A stretch of DNA of 64,000 bases from Anaerolineae bacterium (lineage in GTDB: Bacteria > Chloroflexota > Anaerolineae > UBA1429), in the NCBI GenBank assembly GCA_963675785.1, contig OY776562.1:2126893-2190892 (forward strand). Reading direction: 5' to 3'. The notes beneath the pieces are model-generated. The model searched no databases and had not been told where the DNA came from. It saw only the letters and a list, made by a program, of their open reading frames with translations. Made by a program: the position numbers and the translations under genes. How positions within the stretch are numbered: position 1 is the stretch's first letter; each line of letters opens with the position of its first letter. Shown here piece after piece: positions 47,549 through 57,255 of this stretch.

Positions 47549-48905
47549 CGACCCTCTCCATTTTGCGAATCTCGCGCGCAGGCTGCCCGTAGGCCAGCAT
47601 ATCGTCGCCAACCGGATGCGTCACCACAGAACCTGCACCCAGTTTGGCGCGCTCACCAATCTGCGCGGGAGCCACGATTAGCGAGCCGCTGCCGATAAAG
47701 GCGTCACGTCCGATAACCGTGGGATGTTTGTTGACGCCGTCATAGTTGCAGGTGATGGTGCCAGCGCCGATATTGACGTCTTCCCCCACCTGGGCATCAC
47801 CCAAATAGGAAAAATGGCCCATCTTGGTGCCCGGCGCCAAATACGAGTTCTTCACCTCGCCAAAATTGCCCATGTGCACACCCTCGCCCAGGTGTGCTCC
47901 CTTGCGCAGGTGGCCAAAGGGACCAATGTTCGCACCGTCATCCATGCGAGCTCCTTCCAACATGGAAGAAAGCACGGTACAGCCGTCGCCGATAATAGAA
48001 CCCTCGATAATGGTATTAGGGCCGATAGAGCAATCCTCGCCGATGACAGTGCCGGCGCGCAGATGCGTGTTGGGATAGATCACCGTGTCGCGGCCAATGA
48101 CCACGTCGACATCGATATAGGTCGAGGTGGGATCGGTGATGGACACGCCATTGAGCATGTGCTCCTGGTTGATACGTTTGTGCAGAATGCGAGTACATTC
48201 CGCCAGATGAACGCGGTTGTTCACTCCCTGAATCTCTTCCACATCGTCAATGCAAACGACTTTGATGGACTCGCCCGCCGAGGCTGCCAGATCGACCACG
48301 TCTGGCAAATAATACTCATTCTTGGGTGGCGTGGGCTCGATGCGCTGAATATTCTCCCACAGCCAGTCGGCGTCAAAGCAGTACACACCGCAGTTTAGCT
48401 CACGAATGGCCAGCACCTCGGGAGAAGCCGCTGCCTCTTCGACGATAGCCTGTACCTTGCCTTTAGCATCGCGCACCACACGGCCAAAGCCCATAGGATC
48501 CTCAGCGATGACGCTCAGCAGGGCAAACACGGCATCACTCTCACGCTGCCTTGCGACCAGCGCCGCCAGCGTCTCAGCGCGCAAGGCGGGCATATCGCCA
48601 TAGAATACGAGTACGCTATTAGCACCAAAATCCTCTACGGCCTTTTGGGCCTGCATCACGGCGTGAGCCGTGCCCAAGCGCTGTTCCTGCAGCACAAAGG
48701 TCACGCCCTGGCCCACATGCTCACGCACGGCATCGGCGTCATTGCCTACCACCAGCACGATTTGGTCCGAGCCGATAGCGCGAGCCGCCGCCACAGACCA
48801 ATCCACCATCGGCCGCCCACAAACAGGATGTAGCACCTTGTTCAGTTTGGATTTAAGCCGAGTACCCTGGCCAGCCGCCAGAATCACCGTGGATAGTCTG
48901 TGCAT
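47532..48905 (-). CDS. glmU: Bifunctional UDP-N-acetylglucosamine pyrophosphorylase / glucosamine-1-phosphate N-acetyltransferase
   Basis: N-terminal LAAGQGTRLKS nucleotidyltransferase domain plus a C-terminal left-handed beta-helix with hexapeptide repeats. Confidence 0.9.
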   Translation of the reverse strand: MHRLSTVILAAGQGTRLKSKLNKVLHPVCGRPMVDWSVAAARAIGSDQIVLVVGNDADAVREHVGQGVTFVLQEQRLGTAHAVMQAQKAVEDFGANSVLVFYGDMPALRAETLAALVARQRESDAVFALLSVIAEDPMGFGRVVRDAKGKVQAIVEEAAASPEVLAIRELNCGVYCFDADWLWENIQRIEPTPPKNEYYLPDVVDLAASAGESIKVVCIDDVEEIQGVNNRVHLAECTRILHKRINQEHMLNGVSITDPTSTYIDVDVVIGRDTVIYPNTHLRAGTVIGEDCSIGPNTIIEGSIIGDGCTVLSSMLEGARMDDGANIGPFGHLRKGAHLGEGVHMGNFGEVKNSYLAPGTKMGHFSYLGDAQVGEDVNIGAGTITCNYDGVNKHPTVIGRDAFIGSGSLIVAPAQIGERAKLGAGSVVTHPVGDDMLAYGQPAREIRKMERVDEDQD

Positions 48906-48925
48906 CCAATGCCTCCCCTATAGAC

Positions 48926-48973
48926 AAAGAACCAGGTATGCGCGCTTGCAGCCAAGGCACAACCTGGTTCTTT
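48926..48973 (-). terminator. Hairpin (12-bp perfect stem, 24-nt loop) between tRNA-Gln and the glmU start; possible terminator or attenuator
   Basis: AAAGAACCAGGT ... ACCTGGTTCTTT. Only a weak T-tract on the minus strand. Confidence 0.35.
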
Positions 48974-49010
48974 ACGAGCACCGCATACGCTGTACCGGCG
49001 CTATCAGTAG

Positions 49011-49082
49011 CTGGGGCGGAAGGATTCGAACCTCCGAATAGCGGCTCCAAAAGCCGCTGCCTTACCGCTTGGCGACGCCCCA
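49011..49082 (-). tRNA. tRNA-Gln (anticodon TTG)
   Basis: Acceptor TGGGGCG/CGCCCCA with U1:A72 and G73 (bacterial GlnRS identity elements). Anticodon stem GCGGC/GCCGC with loop TTTTGGA. T-arm GGAGG-TTCGAAT-CCTCC. CCA not encoded. Confidence 0.75.
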
Positions 49083-49152
49083 ATAACAATCTGGATTCTA
49101 GCACAACTACCATGTTGAGCAAAAATCCACTCCTCGCAGGAACAATAACCCG

Positions 49153-49992
49153 CTAACAACAGCCCAGTGTGTGTAGTTCTGTTGCCAGCGCCAGCCACTC
49201 GGCGATATCGAGTTTTTGCGCACGAATCGCTGCAGGCAATCCGGCAGCCTGTAGGGCTTGCCGAGCAATCTGGTCATCACACGGGAGGTTGCTAGCCAAA
49301 GCATTGTGCAACTGCTTGCGCTTTTGGCCAAAACCAGCTCTTGCCACTTTGAAAAAGCGCTCGCGCTCATCGACAGAAACCAGCGGCTGCGGATGAGACG
49401 TGATTACCAAAACAGCCGAATCTACTTTTGGAGCAGGATAAAAGGAAGCTGCCGGCACATGCAAAGCAAGACGCGGTTTGCCATACACTTGTACACTCAA
49501 AGCCAGCAAGCTCATGTTACCAGGCACCGCGACGATGCGCTGAGCTACTTCACGCTGCACCATGACGGTGAGCTGCTCAGGCACCAGTTCAGCCTCCAGT
49601 AGGTGCCGCAACACCGCTGAAGTGATGTAATAGGGTAGGTTAGCAACCACCTTATAATGCAGCCCCTCATCCATCGGCACAATCTCGGCAGGATTGATCG
49701 CCAAAATATCATTGTGAACGATGGTTACATTCTCGCAACTGCCCAACTCTGACTCTAGAACGGGAATAAGCCGGTCATCCAGCTCGACCGCAACAACGTG
49801 CCGGGCTCGCTCGGCCAGCAACCGGGTAAGCACGCCCACACCCGGCCCCACTTCAAGCACCACATCATCTGAAGAGATATCGCTGGCTTCGACAGTGCGT
49901 TCCATGATGGAACCCTGAACCAAAAAGTTCTGTCCAAGACCCTTGGAAGGGCGAATTCCATAGCGGCGCAAAACAGCACGTGGGTCTAGCAA
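49153..49992 (-). CDS. rsmA: 16S rRNA (adenine1518/1519-N6)-dimethyltransferase
   Basis: GQNFLVQ and VLEVGPGVGVLT SAM-binding motifs. Confidence 0.9.
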   Translation of the reverse strand: MLDPRAVLRRYGIRPSKGLGQNFLVQGSIMERTVEASDISSDDVVLEVGPGVGVLTRLLAERARHVVAVELDDRLIPVLESELGSCENVTIVHNDILAINPAEIVPMDEGLHYKVVANLPYYITSAVLRHLLEAELVPEQLTVMVQREVAQRIVAVPGNMSLLALSVQVYGKPRLALHVPAASFYPAPKVDSAVLVITSHPQPLVSVDERERFFKVARAGFGQKRKQLHNALASNLPCDDQIARQALQAAGLPAAIRAQKLDIAEWLALATELHTLGCC

Positions 49993-49997
49993 AACAG

Positions 49998-51506
49998 TTA
50001 TTCCTTCTCTATCGGGTTATTGGGTATCTGCCAGGTAATGTTGCTTGCTGAGGGCACTGGCGTTAACAGATAAACATTCACCCATCTATACCACATGACC
50101 AAGTTATCATCATCATAACAGAGATCGATGTGTCGGTCGACAATGGCACTACCCGTATCAGCCGCCGTGGCCTTGCCATAGCCAGGCACATAGACTTGCG
50201 TGCCCAACGGAATCACATCGGGATCCACGGCCACAATGCCCTTGGCAGCCCGCCAGCCTAATACTGTATACCCGTACCACGATGCCCAGGGCGGCGTGCC
50301 CGCCGTGGCCGCATTATAAGAAGTGGCCAACATGCGCACTACACGCCAATAGGTGATCTCACCCGCTTCGGGAGTAGAGAGGGTTCGCTCGACGATCTGC
50401 GTCCCATAGTGAGTCTCTCGATCCTCCGGTTCGCGTTCGAGCCAGCTCTGCACCTCAGTGCGGTAGGTCTCTTGGCCGTTCACATAGTGCACGCGCACCA
50501 ACGTACGCTCGGCACCTTCAGAGCCCCAGTCCACTATCTGCGAGTTGTCAATTTCGAGTGTAGGGTCCCCAAGAACCACTGCATCATAAGGCACAGGAAC
50601 TTCTTGGAGGACGTACTCATCGTGCACACGCACGACATTGACCACATCGCCACCCAGTATCTCAGTAGATTCCCCCGGCAGCACATAGTCGTCAGGGCCC
50701 AGGGTAATCCCCTCGGCCTCCAATAGCTCTGTCACGGTGTCGGCCTGGGTGTACACCGATTGCTGCGTTCCGCCCACATCCAGCAAAACCGATGTAGCGC
50801 GCTGGATGGTGACACTCATACCCGAAGTAACCGGCTCGTTCTGCGCCGGGGTCACCACGTCACCGTCGCGCACAGTAATACCTTGTTCATACAAGGCCTG
50901 GCCCACGGTGCGTGCCGAAGTAAAGCCAACGTTGGTCAAAGAGCCATCTTGAACAGTAAAGGGCACCGCCCGTCGGACGTTCACCACGATGGGATCGCGC
51001 CAATTCTCTAGCACCCGGGAAACGGTTTCATCCGAAGCAATCTCGGGGAGGGGAAGAGCAGCATACAAATCGGTCTCGATGCCGTTCACATAAAAGCGAT
51101 CGTTAGGGTAGATGGAAACACCGAGATCATAGAGGGCTTCACGCAGGTTGGAACCGAGGGAATAGGCACGCGTTACCTGTCCATCCTGCACCAGTGCCAC
51201 GTCACGCGCCGCCGTAATCGAGATGGGTAGCCCCGCCCAGAGTTCTTCATCAGAAGGGATGACCACCACATCGTCTTCCCCGATGCTCAGATCGAGCTCT
51301 TCGAGTACGGCCTCCCCGGTGGTCTCGTGGGTATGATACGCCAACACCACCCCGTTGATATCGATTGAAACAGTTCGTTGTGTGTATTGATAGATGCCAT
51401 AGAACAAAGCACCAGCGACGCACAAAGACACCGCTATGCCTATGGTTTTGCCAACATGTTTCTTTAGTGGACCGGCTGCATCTTGAGCAGTCAGAGTCTC
51501 ACTCAT
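49998..51506 (-). CDS. Cell-wall-associated protein with N-terminal TM helix, DUF348/G5-type domains and a C-terminal 3D (MltA-like) domain (YabE/RpfB-like)
   Basis: C-terminal ...VAVDPDVIPLGTQVYVPGYGKATAADTGSAI... is the 3D-domain signature. Start at ATG 51504-51506 with a GAGAGGA SD, giving a 4-bp ATGA overlap with the upstream gene. Confidence 0.7.
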   Translation of the reverse strand: MSETLTAQDAAGPLKKHVGKTIGIAVSLCVAGALFYGIYQYTQRTVSIDINGVVLAYHTHETTGEAVLEELDLSIGEDDVVVIPSDEELWAGLPISITAARDVALVQDGQVTRAYSLGSNLREALYDLGVSIYPNDRFYVNGIETDLYAALPLPEIASDETVSRVLENWRDPIVVNVRRAVPFTVQDGSLTNVGFTSARTVGQALYEQGITVRDGDVVTPAQNEPVTSGMSVTIQRATSVLLDVGGTQQSVYTQADTVTELLEAEGITLGPDDYVLPGESTEILGGDVVNVVRVHDEYVLQEVPVPYDAVVLGDPTLEIDNSQIVDWGSEGAERTLVRVHYVNGQETYRTEVQSWLEREPEDRETHYGTQIVERTLSTPEAGEITYWRVVRMLATSYNAATAGTPPWASWYGYTVLGWRAAKGIVAVDPDVIPLGTQVYVPGYGKATAADTGSAIVDRHIDLCYDDDNLVMWYRWVNVYLLTPVPSASNITWQIPNNPIEKE

Positions 51507-52753
51507 GTTTGCTCCTCTCTGGCGGCATTTTCGCCGGCAAGTCGGCCAGTGCAAAAGGCCATCTGCAGGTTGTAGCCGCCGCTATCGCCGGCAATGTCAA
51601 TGACCTCGCCAGCCATATAGAGTCCGCGCACAATATTGGATTCCATCGTGCGTGGATTGAGCTCTCTGGTGGAAACGCCGCCCACGGTCACCATTCCGCG
51701 TTCCAGCGGACGGGTACCGTCAATTTGGACGGACATACGTTTGAGCTGCTTTACCAGGCGGGATCGCGCAGCTGTCGTAAGTTGTGCAACAGCCAAATGC
51801 TCGTCGATCTCGCATTTATATAAAATCACTGCGGCCAGACCAGCAGGTACGAATTCGCGCAACAGATCCATTACAATCTGAATACGCTTTTCTTTGGCCA
51901 GGCGCAATAATGCACTATCAAGCTCTTGCTCGTTCAAATTGGGAGTGAGATCTAATTGGAGCAAGAGGGACTGTTCAGGCCGCAATTCACGAGCCACAAA
52001 CAGCGAAAGGGAAAGAATGGCTGGCCCCGAAAGGCCGTCATGGGCGAATAGCAGGCTGCCATGGTGAGAGCCGAGCTTGCGTTCATCAGCATAGAGTGTC
52101 ACTGCTACATCCGACACGCTAATACCCTGCAAACTTGCCAACCAGGGATCAGAACAACGCATACCCACCAATCCGGGTTTGGGGTCGAATACGGTGTGCC
52201 CCAAGCGGTGGGCCCAGGAATAACCATCGCCCGAAGAGCCAGTGTGGGGATAAGTAGCCCCACCCGTGCAAAGCACTATAGCATCAGCAGGTAGCGTTTC
52301 ACCCGAACGAAGCCTGACCCCGGTAACTTGGCCACCTTCAACTACAATATCGTCCACTGCCGAGCAATACCGGATTTCAACACCGATACGTTCGCAGGCT
52401 TTGACCAAGCACTGTACAACGTCCAAAGCCTCGTTCGAGCGCGGGAAAACCTTGCCTTCAGCGTCCACATAAGTGGGGACGCCACGCTCCTCTAAAAAGA
52501 ATCGCAGATCCTCAACAGGAAAACGTTCCAACGCCCCACGCACGAATCGTCCGCGCGGAACGACATGGCTCGCGAAATCAGCAGGATCGCAGGTATTTGC
52601 CAAATTACAGCGCCTGTTGCCGGTCAAACGCATTTTGGCGCCGGGAATATCCATCTTTTCCAGCAGAATGACCCTTGCACCGGCAGACGCTGCGCTCTCT
52701 GCTGCCATCAGCCCAGACGCACCGGCCCCGATGACAACGACGTTCTTGGCCAT
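51503..52753 (-). CDS. HI0933-family FAD-dependent oxidoreductase (BaiN-like flavoprotein)
   Basis: MAKNVVVIGAGASGLMAAESAA dinucleotide-binding motif and the HI0933-like C-terminus. Start at the internal ATG. Confidence 0.8.
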   Translation of the reverse strand: MAKNVVVIGAGASGLMAAESAASAGARVILLEKMDIPGAKMRLTGNRRCNLANTCDPADFASHVVPRGRFVRGALERFPVEDLRFFLEERGVPTYVDAEGKVFPRSNEALDVVQCLVKACERIGVEIRYCSAVDDIVVEGGQVTGVRLRSGETLPADAIVLCTGGATYPHTGSSGDGYSWAHRLGHTVFDPKPGLVGMRCSDPWLASLQGISVSDVAVTLYADERKLGSHHGSLLFAHDGLSGPAILSLSLFVARELRPEQSLLLQLDLTPNLNEQELDSALLRLAKEKRIQIVMDLLREFVPAGLAAVILYKCEIDEHLAVAQLTTAARSRLVKQLKRMSVQIDGTRPLERGMVTVGGVSTRELNPRTMESNIVRGLYMAGEVIDIAGDSGGYNLQMAFCTGRLAGENAAREEQT

Positions 52754-52803
52754 GAACCTCCAAAGAGACAGGGGCGGTGATGAGCCGCCCCTTTGACAGC
52801 AAA

Positions 52804-53071
52804 ATGTCGTGCATCCCACGTTGTGGCGACTCTACCGTCTTGTCCCAACAGACTAACTCGGACCAGGCTCTCCCTTGTCACCCAAAACGACCCGCTTACC
52901 GCTGCTTCCTTCCGGACCTGGCGGGGTTCACAGGGTTTTGCCGCAAAGGACCCAATCCTCAACATTAACCTGTCGAGCCAGACTCAGCGAACCGTCCCGC
53001 GATGGGCCTTCAGCCCCGCTGTAGCGGATTGCGAGTACAGGGCACCGCTAGCTCCCCGCCTAGCACGACGA
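52804..53071 (-). ncRNA. ffs: Signal recognition particle RNA, long form (about 265 nt, with Alu-like domain)
   Basis: Minus strand contains the universally conserved domain IV/helix 8 motif CAGGUCCGGAAGGAAGCAGC (plus strand 52901-52920). 5' GUCGUGC (53063-53069) pairs with 3' GCACGAC (52806-52812) as a terminal helix. Ends are approximate. Confidence 0.75.
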
Positions 53072-53278
53072 TGAAAGCATAGCGTATGCTAAAAATTCTG
53101 TCAAAGAAGGAGCTAGTTTTTACTTTAGTATAGTTCCTATAATTACCTTTTAACGATTTTATATTTGTTTTTAAGAAAATTGAGAATGCACCAGGAAGAC
53201 TACAAAGAGAAGGCTGATCAACCCATGATCCTGCTAACTGGCAATCAGTTCCTAGGGCAAATGCGCTTTTCTCCAGGC

Positions 53279-53306
53279 TTGACACTTGTAATTGGTTAGG
53301 TATGAT
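53279..53306 (+). promoter_or_regulatory. Promoter TTGACA-N16-TATGAT upstream of the AbrB-like/ABC operon
   Basis: Consensus -35 box in an AT-rich spacer, about 60 nt upstream of the ATG at 53368. Confidence 0.4.
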
Positions 53307-53367
53307 ATTCCGTATAAATTATACAATTCTTATAATTCCTACTTTTCATACTAAAAGGAGTTCTCCC

Positions 53368-53592
53368 ATGAATGCACCAAAGGGGAAATACGCTTGGACT
53401 GCAAAAGTTGGAGATAAAGGACAGATTGTGATTCCTCAACAGGCTCGTGAGGTCTTTGATATCAAACCGGGGGATACCCTGCTCCTTCTCGGTGATGAAG
53501 AGAGGGGTATTGCCATTGTAAAAAACGACATCCTGCAGAAATTCGTCGATTCTGTATTGGGTGCCCAAGGAAATCCGGAGACAGAAGAATGA
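53368..53592 (+). CDS. AbrB/MazE/SpoVT-family swapped-hairpin DNA-binding protein
   Basis: ...AKVGDKGQIVIPQQAREVFDIKPGDTLLLLGDE... Start at ATG 53368 with an AAAAGGAG SD; the ORF-track start at 53302 lies inside the -10 box. Confidence 0.7.
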   Translation: MNAPKGKYAWTAKVGDKGQIVIPQQAREVFDIKPGDTLLLLGDEERGIAIVKNDILQKFVDSVLGAQGNPETEE

Positions 53593-54323
53593 ATGCGATA
53601 GAAACTATTGATCTAGCGAAACGATACGGAACAAAGACAGCTGTCGATTCACTCAACCTTACAGTCGAGCAAGGTGAGCTTTTCGCACTGCTCGGCGTAA
53701 ACGGTGCGGGCAAGACGACTACCATCAAAATGCTATCGTGCCTGACCAAACCTACAAGCGGCGACGCCATTCTGCTGGGAGACAGCGTTATCTCCAACCC
53801 CCAAGCCGTAAAAGAAAAGATCAATATCTCGCCGCAGGAAACAGCTGTAGCTCGTAACCTGTCCGTCAAAGAAAACCTTGAAATGATAGCTCAAATCTAC
53901 AGCAACAATAGAATAGATGCGCGTATCAAGGCAGAGGAAATGCTGTTGACCCTCGGCCTTGGCGAGATTGCTCAAGACAAAGCCAAGACCTTGTCAGGAG
54001 GCATGCAGCGAAGGCTTAGTATCGCAATGGCGCTGATCTCGAATCCACAGATCCTTTTTCTTGATGAACCCACCCTAGGGCTTGATGTCCTCGCAAGGAG
54101 AGAACTGTGGTCTATCATGGAAAAGCTGAGAGGCAACATCACCATTGTTCTGACGACACACTATATGGAAGAGGCGAAAGCCCTTTCGGATAGAATTGGT
54201 ATTATGGCCCAGGGCGAACTAAAAGCAGTGAATACAGCAGCAGAGTTGATGCGCAAAACACGGACGGAGACGCTCGAAGACGCTTTCATTGCGATTGCCT
54301 CAGAAAGTGAGATGTCCGAATGA
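53589..54323 (+). CDS. ABC transporter ATP-binding protein
   Basis: Walker A GVNGAGKTT, signature LSGGMQRRLSIAMAL, Walker B LFLDEPT. ATGA overlap with the AbrB-like gene. Confidence 0.85.
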   Translation: MNAIETIDLAKRYGTKTAVDSLNLTVEQGELFALLGVNGAGKTTTIKMLSCLTKPTSGDAILLGDSVISNPQAVKEKINISPQETAVARNLSVKENLEMIAQIYSNNRIDARIKAEEMLLTLGLGEIAQDKAKTLSGGMQRRLSIAMALISNPQILFLDEPTLGLDVLARRELWSIMEKLRGNITIVLTTHYMEEAKALSDRIGIMAQGELKAVNTAAELMRKTRTETLEDAFIAIASESEMSE

Positions 54324-55057
54324 GAACGCTTGCCTTTGCTTCGCGCAACCTCAAAGAGATGATGAGAGACCCATTGAACCTGGTCTTTGGCGTAGGGTTT
54401 CCATTAATCATACTCTTGCTACTTTCTGCAATTCAGGCGAACATTCCTGTAAGCCTGTTCGAAATCGACAGGCTCACTCCAGGAATAGCCGTCTTTGGAT
54501 TGTCATTCATATCGCTCTTTTCGGGTACGCTGATCGCCAAAGACAGAAGCACCTCGTTTCTGATGCGCTTGTTCGCTTCACCGCTCTCTGCGTCCGATTT
54601 CATCCTCGGATACACCCTGCCGCTTTTGCCCATAGCAGTTCTGCAAAGTATCCTCTGTTTCATTGCAGCCCTATTTCTTGGGCTGCCACTCACGGCCAAT
54701 ATACTGGTAGCGCTAGTCGTGCTGATCCCGGCCGCACTCTTGTTCATCGGTATCGGACTCTTGGCGGGGAGTGTGCTCAATGACAAGCAGGTTGGTGGAG
54801 TCTGTGGCGCACTGCTCACTAATGTTAGCGCCTGGCTGAGCGGCACCTGGTTCGAGTTGGATCTGGTGGGAGGAGCCTTTCAAGCGGTCGCTTATGCGCT
54901 TCCGTTCGCTCATGCTGTCGATGCGACCAGAGCTGCCCTGGCAGGTGACTATGCTTCGATATTCCCCCACCTTTGGTGGGTACTGGGATATGCGCTTATA
55001 GTATTGGTCATCGCAGTAATCGTGTTCAAAAACAAAATGAACAGCGATAGCCTCTGA
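54320..55057 (+). CDS. ABC-2 family transporter permease
   Basis: 6 TM helices. ATGA overlap with the ATPase gene. Confidence 0.75.
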   Translation: MRTLAFASRNLKEMMRDPLNLVFGVGFPLIILLLLSAIQANIPVSLFEIDRLTPGIAVFGLSFISLFSGTLIAKDRSTSFLMRLFASPLSASDFILGYTLPLLPIAVLQSILCFIAALFLGLPLTANILVALVVLIPAALLFIGIGLLAGSVLNDKQVGGVCGALLTNVSAWLSGTWFELDLVGGAFQAVAYALPFAHAVDATRAALAGDYASIFPHLWWVLGYALIVLVIAVIVFKNKMNSDSL

Positions 55058-55188
55058 GATTATGACAGCTATCTCGTTGGATCGTCATTTTTATAAGCGG
55101 CAACTTGTCGCAGAGCAACCATAGAAGACGGAGGATATGTTCCATAGTTAACAGTGAAATTGACGAAAACGATCAGTAGAAACGACAG

Positions 55189-56058
55189 ATGACTATGTGG
55201 ATCATATTTGCATTTGGCTCTGCACTATTTGCAGGCCTTACATCAATCTTGGCCAAGTGTGGAATTAAAAAGACAGATTCTACGGTGGCAACTGCCATAC
55301 GTACCATCGTAGTATTGTTATTTGCCTGGCTAATGGTATTTATCGTTGGCTCCCAGAATACAATTGCAAGTGTCAGCCGCGAAACAATGCTGTTCTTGAT
55401 CTTGTCTGGATTAGCAACGGGAGCGTCCTGGCTCTGCTATTTCAAGGCATTGCAGCTTGGAGACGTGAACAAAGTAGTACCCATTGATAAATCCAGTACT
55501 GTTCTGACAATGATCTTGGCATTTATCATTTTGGGTGAACCCTTTACCTTGGTTAAATTTGCGGGAATGGTAGCAATCGCCGTTGGTACCTATCTGATGA
55601 TTCAGAAAAAGAATAGCGCAGAGCAGAAAAAAGAGAGCAAAGCATGGATGGTCTATGCAATGCTTTCGGCGGTATTTGCTAGCCTGACAGCTATTCTTGG
55701 CAAAATCGGTATCAGTGGCGTGGAATCCAACCTTGGTACGGCAATCCGCACTATTGTGGTTCTAGTCATGGCCTGGGTAATGGTATTCGTGACCGGCAAA
55801 CAGAGAGAAATTAAGAAAATCGAGAAAAACGAACTGTTCTTTATCTGTTTATCCGGACTCGCAACCGGGGGTTCGTGGCTATGCTACTACAAGGCATTAC
55901 AAGAAGGACAGGCAAGCATCGTAGTACCGATCGATAAGCTAAGCATCCTTATCACCATTGCCTTTGCATATGTCATATTCAAAGAAAAATTGGTAAAAAA
56001 GTCCCTCCTTGGATTGGTCTTGATTACAGCGGGTACGTTAATCATGCTTATTCAGTAA
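55189..56058 (+). CDS. EamA/DMT-family transporter (two EamA repeats)
   Basis: 10 TM helices in a duplicated 5+5 arrangement. Confidence 0.8.
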   Translation: MTMWIIFAFGSALFAGLTSILAKCGIKKTDSTVATAIRTIVVLLFAWLMVFIVGSQNTIASVSRETMLFLILSGLATGASWLCYFKALQLGDVNKVVPIDKSSTVLTMILAFIILGEPFTLVKFAGMVAIAVGTYLMIQKKNSAEQKKESKAWMVYAMLSAVFASLTAILGKIGISGVESNLGTAIRTIVVLVMAWVMVFVTGKQREIKKIEKNELFFICLSGLATGGSWLCYYKALQEGQASIVVPIDKLSILITIAFAYVIFKEKLVKKSLLGLVLITAGTLIMLIQ

Positions 56059-56188
56059 GGGCTTGGGCAAATAGAAGAATATCGGATACGCGCATAGACT
56101 AGTATGCTATCCAAAATGATGACACCCTGCCCCTTGTCCAAGAGTTAGTCACGCTGTTCAAGAACACATCACACAGTTGACGATGCTC

Positions 56189-57064
56189 CTAACTAAAAAG
56201 ACTCAGTTGCTTTGTGCTCAGCTTGTCCTCGAAACGCCCCATATAGTGAAAAATCTGATCCGTGTTACTGACGATGCCATTCTTCATGCAAATATCTCGT
56301 GTCAACGCCGTCAGGTAACTACTGTTCGGCGACGGCACAATATAGTTATTTCCGTATGTTCTTATGTATCGTTCTTTCAGACCGGAAAAGTGCTCGCCCA
56401 GCTTTTGGTAAAAGTACTGACGATCACCGTCTCGCAGGGTCACGCCAATACTGTCAAAGAAAAGAACGCCATAGACCTCTGCCTTGATGCAGTAATCAAG
56501 GATGCCGCGTATGTTTTCCTCGGTATCGTTGATGAACGGCAGAATGGGTGTCATCCAGATGACAGTGGGAATACCCTCATCTCTTAGGATGTTCAGCACC
56601 TCCGCTCGCCTGCTTGTGGTACAAACGTTTGGCTCGACGATTCGGCAAAGAGCATCATCATAGGTTGTCAGCGTCATCTGCACCACACATTTCGTCTTGC
56701 GGTTGATGCTTCTCAGCAAATCGAGATCACGCAGGATCAAATCGGATTTTGTCTGTATCGCCAAACCAAAGCCATATTCGTCGATCAATTCGAGACATCT
56801 CCTGGTCAAACGCAGATTCTTTTCAGCATGCAGGTACGGATCACACATGGCCCCAGTACTGATCACGCACTTTTTCCGCTTGCCCCTTAGCGCTTGCTCC
56901 AGCAACTCTGCAGCGTTAGACTTGACTTCGATATCCTCAAACTGATGCTTCATCTGATAACATGTGCTTCGCGCATCGCAATAAATGCAGCCGTGGGTAC
57001 AGCCGCGGTATATGTTCATCCCATTCTTGGGGGAGAGTATGGATTTAGCTAGTTTCTCATGCAA
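56189..57064 (-). CDS. Radical SAM protein, SplB-like (COG1533 'DNA repair photolyase' family)
   Basis: CTHGCIYC = CxxxCxxC cluster near the N-terminus, then a TIM-barrel-like pattern. TTG start. Low GC. Confidence 0.7.
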   Translation of the reverse strand: MHEKLAKSILSPKNGMNIYRGCTHGCIYCDARSTCYQMKHQFEDIEVKSNAAELLEQALRGKRKKCVISTGAMCDPYLHAEKNLRLTRRCLELIDEYGFGLAIQTKSDLILRDLDLLRSINRKTKCVVQMTLTTYDDALCRIVEPNVCTTSRRAEVLNILRDEGIPTVIWMTPILPFINDTEENIRGILDYCIKAEVYGVLFFDSIGVTLRDGDRQYFYQKLGEHFSGLKERYIRTYGNNYIVPSPNSSYLTALTRDICMKNGIVSNTDQIFHYMGRFEDKLSTKQLSLFS

Positions 57065-57255
57065 AGAGTTGCCCCGTCTCCAAGCTGTTGCTTATCTCAC
57101 GCCGTTCATTGTAATGCAGAATCGGGAACTTTTCATGCTGATGCTCTGACTCTGGTGCCACAATGGAAACGGGGACTCGATGTTCTTGTGATTTTCGCCG
57201 CAGATAACAAAAGCCGGGACTTCCAGACCGGATTTCCAGCTGAAAGCCCCGCTTT

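Noticed and set aside
52473-53285. Several 60-107-aa ORFs on both strands (52473-52796, 52565-52780, 52708-52965, 52777-52968, 52793-53074, 53010-53285)
   Set aside because: They overlap the HI0933 gene in other frames or the SRP RNA gene and AT-rich spacer. The region is explained by ffs.
53072-53370. Searched the AT-rich spacer for a direct repeat of the tRNA-Ser 3' end (att site) and for an integrase
   Set aside because: No copy of GATTCGAACCC or GGCGGAGAGG found, and no integrase or transposase ORF anywhere in the window. The island is therefore called on composition and context only.
56059-56188. Imperfect palindrome GCATAGACTAGTATGC between the convergent EamA and radical SAM genes
   Set aside because: One mismatch and only a 5-bp stem. 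Not distinguishable from chance.
57092-57136. 14-aa peptide ORF (MKSSRFCITMNGVR) immediately upstream of the radical SAM gene, considered as a possible RiPP precursor
   Set aside because: Too short for leader plus core, no convincing SD, and the radical SAM enzyme lacks a SPASM or RiPP-recognition domain. Also part of a longer spurious ORF that runs through tRNA-Ser.
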